Shown here: one piece after another, positions 1 through 12,420 of the stretch
How positions within the stretch are numbered: the first letter of the stretch is position 1
How the letters are laid out: each line of letters opens with the position of its first letter
Source: Lingula anatina
Taxonomy: Eukaryota > Animalia > Brachiopoda
Reading direction: 5' to 3'
DNA length: 64,000 nt
Assembly: GCA_051362555.1 (NCBI GenBank)
Contig: CM120640.1
Coordinates: forward strand, 38,230,288 to 38,294,287
Position numbers and translations under genes: made by a program
Notes under the pieces: model-generated
What the model saw: the letters and a program-made list of their open reading frames with translations, nothing else
Told to the model about the DNA's origin: nothing
The model's database searches: none

Positions 1-3000
1 TTTTTCTTCGTTATAGTGTCAGGTAGGTGTGTTCGGTCATTTGTAGTAAGAATAAAGTGCTGGAAGAGTGGTGGTGTCATCATTAAGGAAGAAATAGAGC
101 AAAAACTGTGTCTCCCCCCCCTCTCAGATTCTGTTCTCAGAGCTCATTTTTGGATCATCTTTAAAGCTAGAATTGGGGGCCTTGATGAAGTGACCCGGGC
201 GCGTTTCCACATTTTTTATGAATGACAGGTGTGGTAGATTGATTTTCGTCACTTTTTGGAAAAATCTGAGACGGGTCGATTTTTTGTGATTTTGAGTGAT
301 TTTGATCAGTGCCGGCACTGTGAGATTTCTTCAATTTTGGCCAGGTAGGGATGAAAAATTTTTTTCTTCGTTATAGTGTCAGGTAGGTGTGTTCGGTCAT
401 TTGTAGTAAGAATAAAGTGCTGGAAGAGTGGTGGTGTCATCATTAAGGAAGAAATAGAGCAAAAACTGTGTCTCCCCCCCCCCCTCTCAGATTCTGTTCT
501 CAGAGCTCATTTTTGGATCATCTTTAAAGCTAGAATTGGGGGCCTTGATGAAGTGACCCGGGCGCGTTTCCACATTTTTTATGAATGACAGGTGTGGTAG
601 ATTGATTTTCGTCACTTTTTGGAAAAATCTGAGACGGGTCGATTTTTGGTGATTTTGAGTGATTTTGATCAGTGCCGGCACTGTGAGATTTCTTCAATTT
701 TGGCCAGGTAGGGATGAAAAATTTTTTTCTTCGTTATAGTGTCAGGTAGGTGTGTTCGGTCATTTGTAGTAAGAATAAAGTGCTGGAAGAGTGGTGGTGT
801 CATCATTAAGGAAGAAATAGAGCAAAAACTGTGTCTCCTCCCCCCCCTCTCAGATTCTGTTCTCAGAGCTCATTTTTGGATCATCTTTAAAGCTAGAATT
901 GGGGGCCTTGATGAAGTGACCCGGGCGCGTTTCCACATTTTTTATGAATGACAGGTGTGGTAGATTGATTTTCGTCACTTTTTGGAAAAATCTGAGACGG
1001 GTCGATTTTTGGTGATTTTGAGTGATTTTGATCAGTGCCGGCACTGTGAGATTTCTTCAATTTTGGCCAGGTAGGGATGAAAAATTTTTTTCTTCGTTAT
1101 AGTGTCAGGTAGGTGTGTTCGGTCATTTGTAGTAAGAATAAAGTGCTGGAAGAGTGGTGGTGTCATAATTAATGAAGAAATAGAGCAAAAACTGTGTCTC
1201 CCCCCCCCCCCCCCCTCTCAGATTCTGTTCTCAGAGCTCATTTTTGGATCATCTTTAAAGCTAGAATTGGGGGCCTTGATGAAGTGACCCGGGCGCGTTT
1301 CCACATTTTTTATGAATGACAGGTGTGGTAGATTGATTTTTGTCACTTTTTGGAAAAATCTGAGACGGGTCGATTTTTGGTGATTTTGAGTGATTTTGAT
1401 CAGTGCCGGCACTGTGAGATTTCTTCAATTTTGGCCAGGTAGGGATGAAAAATTTTTTTCTTCGTTATAGTGTCAGGTAGGTGTGTTCAGTCATTTGTAG
1501 TAAGAATAAAGTGCTGGAAGAGTGGTGATGTCATCATTAAGGAAGAAATAGAGCAAAAACTGTGTCTCCCCCCCCCCCTCTCAGATTCTGTTCTCTGAGC
1601 TCATTTTTGGATCATCTTTAAAGCTAGAATTGGGGGCCTTGATGAAGTGACCCGGGCGCGTTTCCACATTTTTTATGAATGACAGGTGTGGTAGATTGAT
1701 TTTCGTCACTTTTTGGAAAATCTGAGACTGGTCGATTTTTGGTGATTTTGAGTGATTTTGATCAGTGCCGGCACTGTGAGATTTCTTCAATTTTGGCCAG
1801 GTAGGGATGAAAAATTTTTTTCTTCGTTATAGTGTCAGGTAGGTGTGTTCGGTCATTTGTAGTAAGAATAAAGTGCTGGAAGAGTGGTGGTGTCATAATT
1901 AATGAAGAAATAGAGCAAAAACTGTGTCTCCCCCCCCCCCCTCTCAGATTCTGTTCTCAGAGCTCATTTTTGGATCATCTTTAAAGCTAGAATTGGGGGC
2001 CTTGATGAAGTGACCCGGGCGCGTTTCCACATTTTTTATGAATGACAGGTGTGGTAGATTGATTTTCGTCACTTTTTGGAAAAATCTGAGACGGGTCGAT
2101 TTTTGGTGATTTTGAGTGATTTTGATCAGTGCCGGCACTGTGAGATTTCTTCAATTTTGGCCAGGTAGGGATGAAAAATTTTTTTCTTCATTATAGTGTC
2201 AGGTAGGTGTGTTCGGTCATTTGTAGTAAGAATAAAGTGCTGGAAGAGTGGTGGTGTCATCATTAAGGAAGAAATAGAGCAAAAACTGTGTCTCCCCCCC
2301 CCTCTCAGATTCTGTTCTCAGAGCTCATTTTTGGATCATCTTTAAAGCTAGAATTGGGGGCCTTGATGAAGTGACCCGGGCGCGTTTCCACATTTTTTAT
2401 GAATGACAGGTGTGGTAGATTGATTTTCGTCACTTTTTGGAAAAATCTGAGACGGGTCGATTTTTGGTGATTTTGAGTGATTTTGATCAGTGCCGGCACT
2501 GTGAGATTTCTTCAATTTTGGCCAGGTAGGGATGAAAAATTTTTTTCTTCGTTATAGTGTCAGGTAGGTGTGTTCGGTCATTTGTAGTAAGAATAAAGTG
2601 CTGGAAGAGTGGTGGTGTCATCATTAAGGAAGAAATAGAGCAAAAACTGTGTCTCCCCCCCCCCCCTCTCAGATTCTGTTCTCAGAGCTCATTTTTGGAT
2701 CATCTTTAAAGCTAGAATTGGGGGCCTTGATGAAGTGACCCGGGCGCGTTTCCACATTTTTTATGAATGACAGGTGTGGTAGATTGATTTTCGTCACTTT
2801 TTGGAAAAATCTGAGACGGGTCGATTTTTGGTGATTTTGAGTGATTTTGATCAGTGCCGGCACTGTGAGATTTCTTCAATTTTGGCCAGGTAGGGATGAA
2901 AAATTTTTTTCTTCGTTATAGTGTCAGGTAGGTGTGTTCGGTCATTTGTAGTAAGAATAAAGTGCTGGAAGAGTGGTGGTGTCATCATTAAGGAAGAAAT

Positions 3001-6000
3001 AGAGCAAAAACTGTGTCTCCCCCCCCCTCTCAGATTCTGTTCTCAGAGCTCATTTTTGGATCATCTTTAAAGCTAGAATTGGGGGCCTTGATGAAGTGAC
3101 CCGGGCGCGTTTCCACATTTTTTATGAAAGACAGGTGTGGTAGATTGATTTTCGTCACTTTTTGGAAAAATCTGAGACGGGTCGATTTTTGGTGATTTTG
3201 AGTGATTTTGATCAGTGCCGGCACTGTGAGATTTCTTCAATTTTGGCCAGGTAGGGATGAAAAATTTTTTTCTTCGTTATAGTGTCAGGTAGGTGTGTTC
3301 GGTCATTTGTAGTAAGAATAAAGTGCTGGAAGAGTGGTGGTGTCATCATTAAGGAAGAAATAGAGCAAAAACTGTGTCTCCCCCCCCCCCCCTCTCAGAT
3401 TCTTTTCTCAGAGCTCATTTTTGGATCATCTTTAAAGCTAGAATTGGGGGCCTTGATGAAGTGACCCGGGTGCGTTTCCACATTTTTTATGAATGACAGG
3501 TGTGGTAGATTGATTTTCGTCACTTTTTGGAAAAATCTGAGACGGGTCGATTTTTGGTGATTTTGAGTGATTTTGATCAGTGCCGGCACTGTGAGATTTC
3601 TTCAATTTTGGCCAGGTAGGGATGAAAAATTTTTTTCTTCGTTATAGTGTCAGGTAGGTGTGTTCAGTCATTTGTAGTAAGAATAAAGTGCTGGAAGAGT
3701 GGTGATGTCATCATTAAGGAAGAAATAGAGCAAAAACTGTGTCTCCCCCCCCCCCCCTCTCAGATTCTGTTCTCAGAGCTCATTTTTGGATCATCTTTAA
3801 AGCTAGAATTGGGGGCCTTGATGAAGTGACCCGGGCGCGTTTCCACATTTTTTATGAATGACAGGTGTGGTAGATTGATTTTCGTCACTTTTTGGAAAAA
3901 TCTGAGACGGGTCGATTTTTTGTGATTTTGAGTGATTTTGATCAGTGCCGGCACTGTGAGATTTCTTCAATTTTGGCCAGGTAGGGATGAAAAATTTTTT
4001 TCTTCGTTATAGTGTCAGGTAGGTGTGTTCGGTCATTTGTAGTAAGAATAAAGTGCTGGAAGAGTGGTGGTGTCATCATTAAGGAAGAAATAGAGCAAAA
4101 ACTGTGTCTCCCCCCCCCCCCTCTCAGATTCTGTTCTCAGAGCTCATTTTTGGATCTTCTTTAAAGCTAGAATTGGGGGCCTTGATGAAGTGACCCGGGC
4201 GCGTTTCCACATTTTTTATGAATGACAGGTGTGGTAGATTGATTTTCGTCACTTTTTGGAAAAATCTGAGACGGGTTGATTTTTGGTGATTTTGAGTGAT
4301 TTTGATCAATGCCGGCACTGTGAGATTTTTTCAATTTTGGCCATTTAGGGATGAAAAATTTTTTTCTTCGTTATAGTGTCAGGTAGGTGTGTTCGGTCAT
4401 TTGTAGTAAGAATAAAGTGCTGGAAGAGTGGTGGTGTCATCATTAAGGAAGAAATAGAGCAAAAACTGTGTCTCCCCCCCCCCTCTCAGATTCTGTTCTC
4501 AGAGCTCATTTTTGGATCATCTTTAAAGCTAGAATTGGGGGCCTTGATGAAGTGACCCGGGCACGTTTCCACATTTTTTATGAATGACAGGTGTGGTAGA
4601 TTGATTTTCGTCACTTTTTAGAAAAATCTGAGACGGGTAGATTTTTGGTGATTTTGAGTGATTTTGATCAGTGCCGGCACTGTGAGATTTCTTCAATTTT
4701 GGCCAGGTAGGGATTAAAAATTTTTTTTCTTCGTTATAGTGTCAGGTAGGTGTGTTCGGTCATTTGTAGTAAGAATAAAGTGCTGGAAGAGTGGTGGTGT
4801 CAACATTAAGGAAGAAATAGAGCAAAAACTGTGTCTCCCCCCCCCCCTCTCAGATTCTGTTCTCAGAGCTCATTTTTGGATCATCTTTAAAGCTAGAATT
4901 GGGGGCCTTGATGAAGTGACCCGGGCGCGTTTCCACATTTTTTATGAATGACAGGTGTGGTAGATTGATTTTCGTCACTTTTTGGAAAAATCTGAGACGG
5001 GTCGATTTTTGGTGATTTTGAGTGATTTTGATCAGTGCCGGCACTGTGAGATTTCTTCAATTTTGGCCAGGTAGGGATGAAAAATTTTTTTCTTCATTAT
5101 AGTGTCAGGTAGGTGTGTTCGGTCATTTGTAGTAAGAATAAAGTGCTGGAAGAGTGGTGGTGTCAACATTAAGGAAGAAATAGAGCAAAAACTGTATCTC
5201 CCCCCCCCCCCCCTCAGATTCTGTTCTCAGAGCTTATTTTTGGATCATCTTTAAAGCTAGAATTGAGGGCCTTGATGAAGTGACCCGGTCGCGTTTCCAC
5301 ATTTTTTATGAATGACAGGTGTGGTAGATTGATTTTTTGCACTTTTTGAAAAAATCGGAGACCGGTCGATTTTTGGTGATTTTGAGTGATTTTGATCAGT
5401 GCCGGCACTGTGAGATTTCTTCAATTTTGGCCAGGTAGGGATGAAAATTTTTTTCTTCATTATAGTGTCAGGTAGGTGTGTTTGGTCATTTGTAGTAAGA
5501 ATAAAGTGCTGGAAGAGTGGTGGTGTCAACATTAAGGAAGACATAGAGCAAAAACTGTGTTTCCCCCCCCCCCTCAGATTCTGTTCTCAGAGCTCATTTT
5601 TGGATCATCTTTAAAGCTAGAATTGGGGTCCTTGATGAAGTGACCCGGGCGCGTTTCCACATTTTTTATGAATGACAGGTGTGGTAGATTGATTTTCGTC
5701 ACTTTTTGGAAAAATCTGAGACGGGTCGATTTTTGGTGATTTTGAGTGATTTTGATCAGTGCCGGCACTGTGAGATTTCTTCAATTTTGGCCAGGTAGGG
5801 ATGAAAAATTTTTTTCTTCGTTATAGTGTCAGGTAGGTGTGTTCGGTCATTTGTAGTAAGAATAAAGTGCTGGAAGAGTGGTGGTGTCATCATTAAGGAA
5901 GAAATAGAGCAAAAACTGTGTCTCCCCCCCCCCCTCTCAGATTCTGTTCTCAGAGCTCATTTTTGGATCATCTTTAAAGCTAGAATTGGGGGCCTTGATG

Positions 6001-9000
6001 AAGTGACCCGGGCGCGTTTCCACATTTTTTATGAATGACAGGTGTGGTAGATTGATTTTCGTTACTTTTTGGAAAAATCTGAGACGGGTCGATTTTTGGT
6101 GATTTTGAGTGATTTTGATCAGTGCCGGCACTGTGAGATTTCTTCAATTTTGGCCAGGTAGGGATGAAAAATTTTTTTCTTCGTTATAGTGTCAGGTAGG
6201 TGTGTTCGGTCATTTGTAGTAAGAATAAAGGGCTGGAAGAGTGGTGGTGTCATCATTAAGGAAGAAATAGAGCAAAAACTGTGTCTCCCCCCCCCCCCCT
6301 CAGATTCTGTTCTCAGAGCTCATTTTTGGATCATCTTTAAAGCTAGAATTGGGGGCCTTGATGAAGTGACCCGGGCGCGTTTCCACATTTTTTATGAATG
6401 ACAGGTGTGGTAGATTGATTTTCGTCACTTTTTGGAAAAATCTGAGACGGGTCGATTTTTGGTGATTTTGAGTGATTTTGATTAGTGCCGGCACTGTGAG
6501 ATTTCTTCAATTTTGGCCAGGTAGGGATGAAAAATTTTTTTCTTCGTTATAGTGTCAGGTAGGTGTGTTCGGTCATTTGTAGTAAGAATAAAGTGCTGGA
6601 AGAGTGGTGGTGTCATCATTAAGGAAGAAATAGAGCAAAAACCGTGTCTCCCCCCCCCCTCTCAGATTCTGTTCTCAGAGCTCATTTTTGGATCATCTTT
6701 AAAGCTAGAATTGGGGGCCTTGATGAAGTGACCCGGGCGCGTTTCCACATTTTTTATGAATGACAGGTGTGGTAGATTGATTTTCGTCACTTTTTGGAAA
6801 AATCTGAGACGGGTCGATTTTTGGTGATTTTGAGTGATTTTGATCAGTGCCGGCACTGTGAGATTTCTTCAATTTTGGCCAGGTAGGGATGAAAAATTTT
6901 TTTCTTCGTTATAGTGTCAGGTAGGTGTGTTCGGTCATTTGTAGTAAGAATAAAGTGCTGGAAGAGTGGTGGTGTCATCATTAAGGAAGAAATAGAGCAA
7001 AAACTGTCTCCCCCCCCCTCTCAGATTCTGTTCTCAGAGCTCATTTTTGGATCATCTTTAAAGCTAGAATTGGGGGCCTTGATGAAGTGACCCGGGCGCG
7101 TTTCCACATTTTTTATGAATGACAGGTGTGGTAGATTGATTTTCGTCACTTTTTGGAAAAATCTGAGACGGGTCGATTTTTGGTGATTTTGAGTGATTTT
7201 GATCAGTGCCGGCACTGTGAGATTTCTTCAATTTTGGCCAGGTAGGGATGAAAAATTTTTTTCTTCGTTATAGTGTCAGGTAGGTGTGTTCGGTCATTTG
7301 TAGTAAGAATAAAGTGCTGGAAGAGTGGTGGTGTCATCATTAAGGAAGAAATAGAGCAAAAACTGTGTCTCCCCCCCCCTCTCAGATTCTGTTCTCAGAG
7401 CTCATTTTTGGATCATCTTTAAAGCTAGAATTGGGGGCCTTGATGAAGTGACCCGGGCGCGTTTCCACATTTTTTATGAATGACAGGTGTGGTAGATTGA
7501 TTTTCGTCACTTTTTGGAAAAATCTGAGACGGGTCGATTTTTGGTGATTTTGAGTGATTTTGATCAATGCCGGCACTGTGAGATTTCTTCAATTTTGGCC
7601 ATTTAGGGATGAAAAATTTTTTTCTTCGTTATAGTGTCAGGTAGGTGTGTTCGGTCATTTGTAGTAAGAATAAAGTGCTGGAAGAGTGGTGGTGTCATCA
7701 TTAAGGAAGAAATAGAGCAAAAACTGTGTCTCCCCCCCCCCTCTCAGATTCTGTTCTCAGAGCTCATTTTTGGATCATCTTTAAAGCTAGAATTGGGGGC
7801 CTTGATGAAGTGACCCGGGCACGTTTCCACATTTTTTATGAATGACAGGTGTGGTAGATTGATTTTCGTCACTTTTTAGAAAAATTTGAGACGGGTAGAT
7901 TTTTGGTGATTTTGAGTGATTTTGATCAGTGCCGGCACTGTGAGATTTCTTCAATTTTGGCCAGGTAGGGATTAAAAATTTTTTTTCTTCGTTATAGTGT
8001 CAGGTAGGTGTGTTCGGTCATTTGTAGTAAGAATAAAGTGCTGGAAGAGTGGTGGTGTCAACATTAAGGAAGAAATAGAGCAAAAACTGTGTCTCCCCCC
8101 CCCCCCTCTCAGATTCTGTTCTCAGAGCTCATTTTTGGATCATCTTTAAAGCTAGAATTGGGGGCCTTGATGAAGTGACCCGGGCGCGTTTCCACATTTT
8201 TTATGAATGACAGGTGTGGTAGATTGATTTTCGTCACTTTTTGGAAAAATCTGAGACGGGTCGATTTTTGGTGATTTTGAGTGATTTTGATCAGTGCCGG
8301 CACTGTGAGATTTCTTCAATTTTGGCCAGGTAGGGATGAAAAATTTTTTTCTTCATTATAGTGTCAGGTAGGTGTGTTCGGTCATTTGTAGTAAGAATAA
8401 AGTGCTGGAAGAGTGGTGGTGTCAACATTAAGGAAGAAATAGAGCAAAAACTGTATCTCCCCCCCCCCTCAGATTCTGTTCTCAGAGCTTATTTTTGGAT
8501 CATCTTTAAAGCTAGAATTGAGGGCCTTGATGAAGTGACCCGGTCGCGTTTCCACATTTTTTATGAATGACAGGTGTGGTTGATTGATTTTTTGCACTTT
8601 TTGAAAAAATCGGAGACCGGTCGATTTTTGGTGATTTTGAGTGATTTTGATCAGTGCCGGCACTGTGAGATTTCTTCAATTTTGGCCAGGTAGGGATGAA
8701 AATTTTTTTCTTCATTATAGTGTCAGGTAGGTGTGTTTGGTCATTTGTAGTAAGAATAAAGTGCTGGAAGAGTGGTGGTGTCAACATTAAGGAAGACATA
8801 GAGCAAAAACTGTGTCTCCCCCCCCCCCCTCAGATTCTGTTCTCAGAGCTCATTTTTGGATCATCTTTAAAGCTAGAATTGGGGTCCTTGATGAAGTGAC
8901 CCGGGCGCGTTTCCACATTTTTTATGAATGACAGGTGTGGTAGATTGATTTTCGTCACTTTTTGGAAAAATCTGAGACGGGTCGATTTTTGGTGATTTTG

Positions 9001-9880
9001 AGTGATTTTGATCAGTGCCGGCACTGTGAGATTTCTTCAATTTTGGCCAGGTAGGGATGAAAAATTTTTTTCTTCATTATAGTGTCAGGTAGGTGTGTTC
9101 GGTCATTTGTAGTAAGAATAAAGTGCTGGAAGAGTGGTGGTGTCAACATTAAGGAAGAAATAGAGCAAAAACTGTGTCTCCCCCCCCCCCTCAGATTCTG
9201 TTCTCAGAGCTTATTTTTGGATCATCTTTAAAGCTAGAATTGAGGGCCTTGATGAAGTGACCCGGTCGCGTTTCCACATTTTTTATGAATGACAGGTGTG
9301 GTAGATTGATTTTTTGCACTTTTTGAAAAAATCGGAGACCGGTCGATTTTTGGTGATTTTGAGTGATTTTGATCAGTGCCGGCACTGTGAGATTTCTTCA
9401 ATTTTGGCCAGGTAGGGATGAAAATTTTTTTCTTCATTATAGTGTCAGGTAGGTGTGTTTGGTCATTTGTAGTAAGAATAAAGTGCTGGAAGAGTGGTGT
9501 TGTCATCATTAAGGAAGACATAGAGCAAAAACTCTGTCTCCCCCCCTCTCCGATTCTGATCTCGGCGCTTATTTTTGGATCATCTTAAAAGATAGAATTG
9601 GGGTCCTTGATGAAGTGACCCGGGCGTATTTCCACATTTTTTATGAATGATAGGTGTGATAGATTGATTTTCATGACATTTTTTTTATTTTGATTGATTT
9701 TCATAAGTGCCAGCCATGTGAGATTTCTTCAATTTTGGCCATTTACGGATGTAAAATTTTTTTTTTCATTATAGTGTCAGGTTGGTGTGTTTGGTCATTT
9801 GTAGTAAGCATAAAATGCTGGAAGAGTGGTGGTGTCAACATTATTGAAGAAATAGAGCAAAAACTATGTATACAGATTCC
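1..9880 (+). repeat. Satellite DNA array, ~363-bp monomer (left array, ~27 copies, runs off window start)
   Basis: The unit ...ttggccaggtagggatgaaaaa...gtcaggtaggtgtgttcgg...ctc(c)n tctcagattctg...cagtgccggcactg... repeats head-to-tail every ~360-368 bp. Length variation comes mainly from a poly-C tract. The last ~2 monomers (9500-9880) are visibly degenerate. Confidence 0.99.
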
Positions 9881-11264
9881 TGCTATATTATTATTTTATC
9901 TTTAATTTATCGAATTTTATGATGCCTTTCCTATATACATAGTCCTTTTTTAAAATAATTACCGTATCAGTTTTTTAAAACTTAGAACAAAAGTTTTCAG
10001 TTTGTCTGTCTTTTTTATTCCAGCAATTTCAGCAGCCATTACTGTTCCCGAGACACCTTGCCTGTGCTATCAAACGAATACTGTTACTTACAGCACAGGA
10101 GCACCAAAGAGTTTGAAGAGTGCTTTACAAGTCATCAGTCAAATTAAGCAGAAATGGTCTTAGCTTTGCAAACCGGTGTCAAAGGGTCAAATCAAGTATT
10201 CCAAGCCTTCCAAGGACTAGTATGATGTAAGTCAGTATGGACAATATATTAAAGGTCCAAAAGCATCAAAGTCTTTAAGGTACTCGCCCCACGCCGCAGC
10301 ATGTCATCGAAGAAATGACCCCTTGATGATAGGGATATGGATTGCAAGTGTTCTGGAGGCTCCAAGACAACTGTCTATAGCAGGTTCTGGTACTTGCATA
10401 GTGGGTCTTCAAACCCTTGGTATAGAAAGTACAAACCAGCAGCTTTAATCTGGAAGTTAAAAAGAAAAAACAGCCATAAGTCCATGCATTAAAATCATGT
10501 TGAAATCTCTTTTTGGAAATTAGAAAAACGACTATTGCAATTATTAGAGAAGGCTTAATTAACTTTGAGTGTGCATTTTTTATGAACTGATACTTCCTTG
10601 TGAACAAAAACTCTGAAAAGATTTCCACATTTTGTATTTTTGGCAATAATGAGAAATGAATGTACATTCATTGATTAATTATTATCATTATTTATTTATT
10701 ATTATTATTATTATTTTTTTTTTTGCTATTTCCACTTGAGGGTGCTTACGCAAATTTGGCAGATTTCCCAAGTTTTGGGTTAAAAGCACAATGTTGTTAT
10801 TTTGGGTCTTTATGAGGTAATGTGATTTTGTCAGCATATTAGTTAAATGAACAACTTTGTCTGGATGCCCCACTCCTGCCTCAAATGAGATTTTAAAAGA
10901 AAACATCAATATCTATAAAGACAGGTTTTAATGCTTATTTTGAACACATTTCACATAAATCACATTTCACATGATGATCTGGGCTGATTTTGTCAAAGTT
11001 AAAGAAACCCCATTTTGAACACTGATGACAATTTAAGTAAAACCATGTTACTCATGGATCTCTATCTTACAGAAAAGGTAAATTGGACTGAAATACAGCT
11101 TGAGTTAGAAAACTGAACTGATTGCATTCTTTTTCTGAGAGTTATTTATTTATTTAATTATCATCATTATTATTATTTATTATTATTATTTTCAAAATAT
11201 TTTTTCACATATTAACATATTAGCATTTTCTTCGTGAGACTTGGAACTCCCACGGGATGAAATT

Positions 11265-11525
11265 CCAGCTCCAACTCTCAAGCCCCTGGGGAGCTTTTTG
11301 AAATAATATAAAGATGAAATTTGGGTCTTTTTAAAATAATCAAAATAATGATGTCAGGAAGGTGTGTTTTGTTTTTTCTAGCCATCCACAGGTAAATTGT
11401 TTTTTTTTTTTCAATATTTCTTGTGAATTAAAAAAATATTTTTCCATCCCCCTCCCCAACCTCAAACCCCTGAGGAGCTTTTTGAAGTACTATAAAGATG
11501 CAATTTGGGGATTTAATGATGAGAT
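11265..11525 (+). repeat. Degenerate ~184-bp-period dimer related to the satellite
   Basis: gagctttttgaaataatataaagatgaaatttggg (11291) and gagctttttgaagtactataaagatgcaatttgggg (11475) resemble satellite gagctcatttttggatcatctttaaagctagaattggggg. tgtcaggaaggtgtgtt (~11352) matches satellite tgtcaggtaggtgtgtt. Confidence 0.6.
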
Positions 11526-12394
11526 GTTGATATGTTTAGACAATTATTGTGAATGATCCCTTTCCGTCTCAGCACTGATACTCCTCCGCACCATTACTCC
11601 CTCGCACCGATAGGCCTATACTACCCCTTACACTCCATCGACCTCACCCGCATCTTAAAGCTCCTGCAACGATACTCTCTCACAGCCTTTGCAATTGGTT
11701 AAAACTGCTACCAACAAAACACAATGATTGATCTAAAAACTCTCGAAATACTATTTTTCCGAAAGTGCACCACCCTCTTGGGACCCAAAAGTGACACATT
11801 TCATTAGAAATATTGTGGAAAAATAAGGGAATTACTAAAGTTGGTCTGCTTAGTAACAAAGTACATAGTCGATCAAATATGTATGCAGCTCGGCTTTGTG
11901 ATTATTAAGAAATATCTGTATACTTCACTTCGTTCTTCAACAGTGGTTACTGTATACAATATGTGCATCTTCTTCTTGATTTGTTTATTAATTATTTTAC
12001 TAAAAGTATGTTTTTAACAGAAGATAGCAAAGACGACATAATCTTTTCTTCAGGGGCCACTCTATTCGTAAAAGAAATTGAAACAACAACAACAACAAAA
12101 AAAAACATTGTTTAAGCGAGAAATTACCGCCTTTGTCCTCCTGGAAATGTGAGATTCTACAATTTACGCTGTCCTTGGGCGATTGTAGGAACCACTGACT
12201 GAACACCTACAGTATAATGCGCTTAAATTACTGTTTTTTTCTTTACGGTTCTGTTTGTAATAGAAATCTAGCACAGAAAAAATTACAACTTGAATGTAAC
12301 ATCATAAATCCTTAAAAATGGTAACAAATCCGATTGTGTTTATTGCCAGTATGCAGCAAGATCGTTATTAAGAAATCAATAACGAACAGCTCTC

Positions 12395-12420
12395 AGGGGC
12401 GAATCCAGGATTCCGAAGAC
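12395..12420 (+). mobile_element. MITE terminal fragment (CAGGGGCGGATCCAGGA-type)
   Basis: caggggcgaatccagga resembles the left ends at 13891 and 17511. Confidence 0.4.

Noticed and set aside
6-22. CENP-B box-like cttcgttatagtgtcag
   Set aside because: Matches TTCG....A but lacks the essential CGGG.
220-350. Spliced-leader or snRNA gene array (Sm-like aattttgg and caggtag motifs in each monomer)
   Set aside because: The best Sm-like site lies just upstream of the donor-like motif rather than downstream, and I recognise no SL, U-snRNA, 5S or tRNA sequence. Small-RNA data would be needed to revisit this.
1-9880. CRISPR-like array interpretation of the repeats
   Set aside because: No unique spacers: whole 363-bp units (and the 34-bp units) repeat. 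No cas genes, and the context is eukaryotic.
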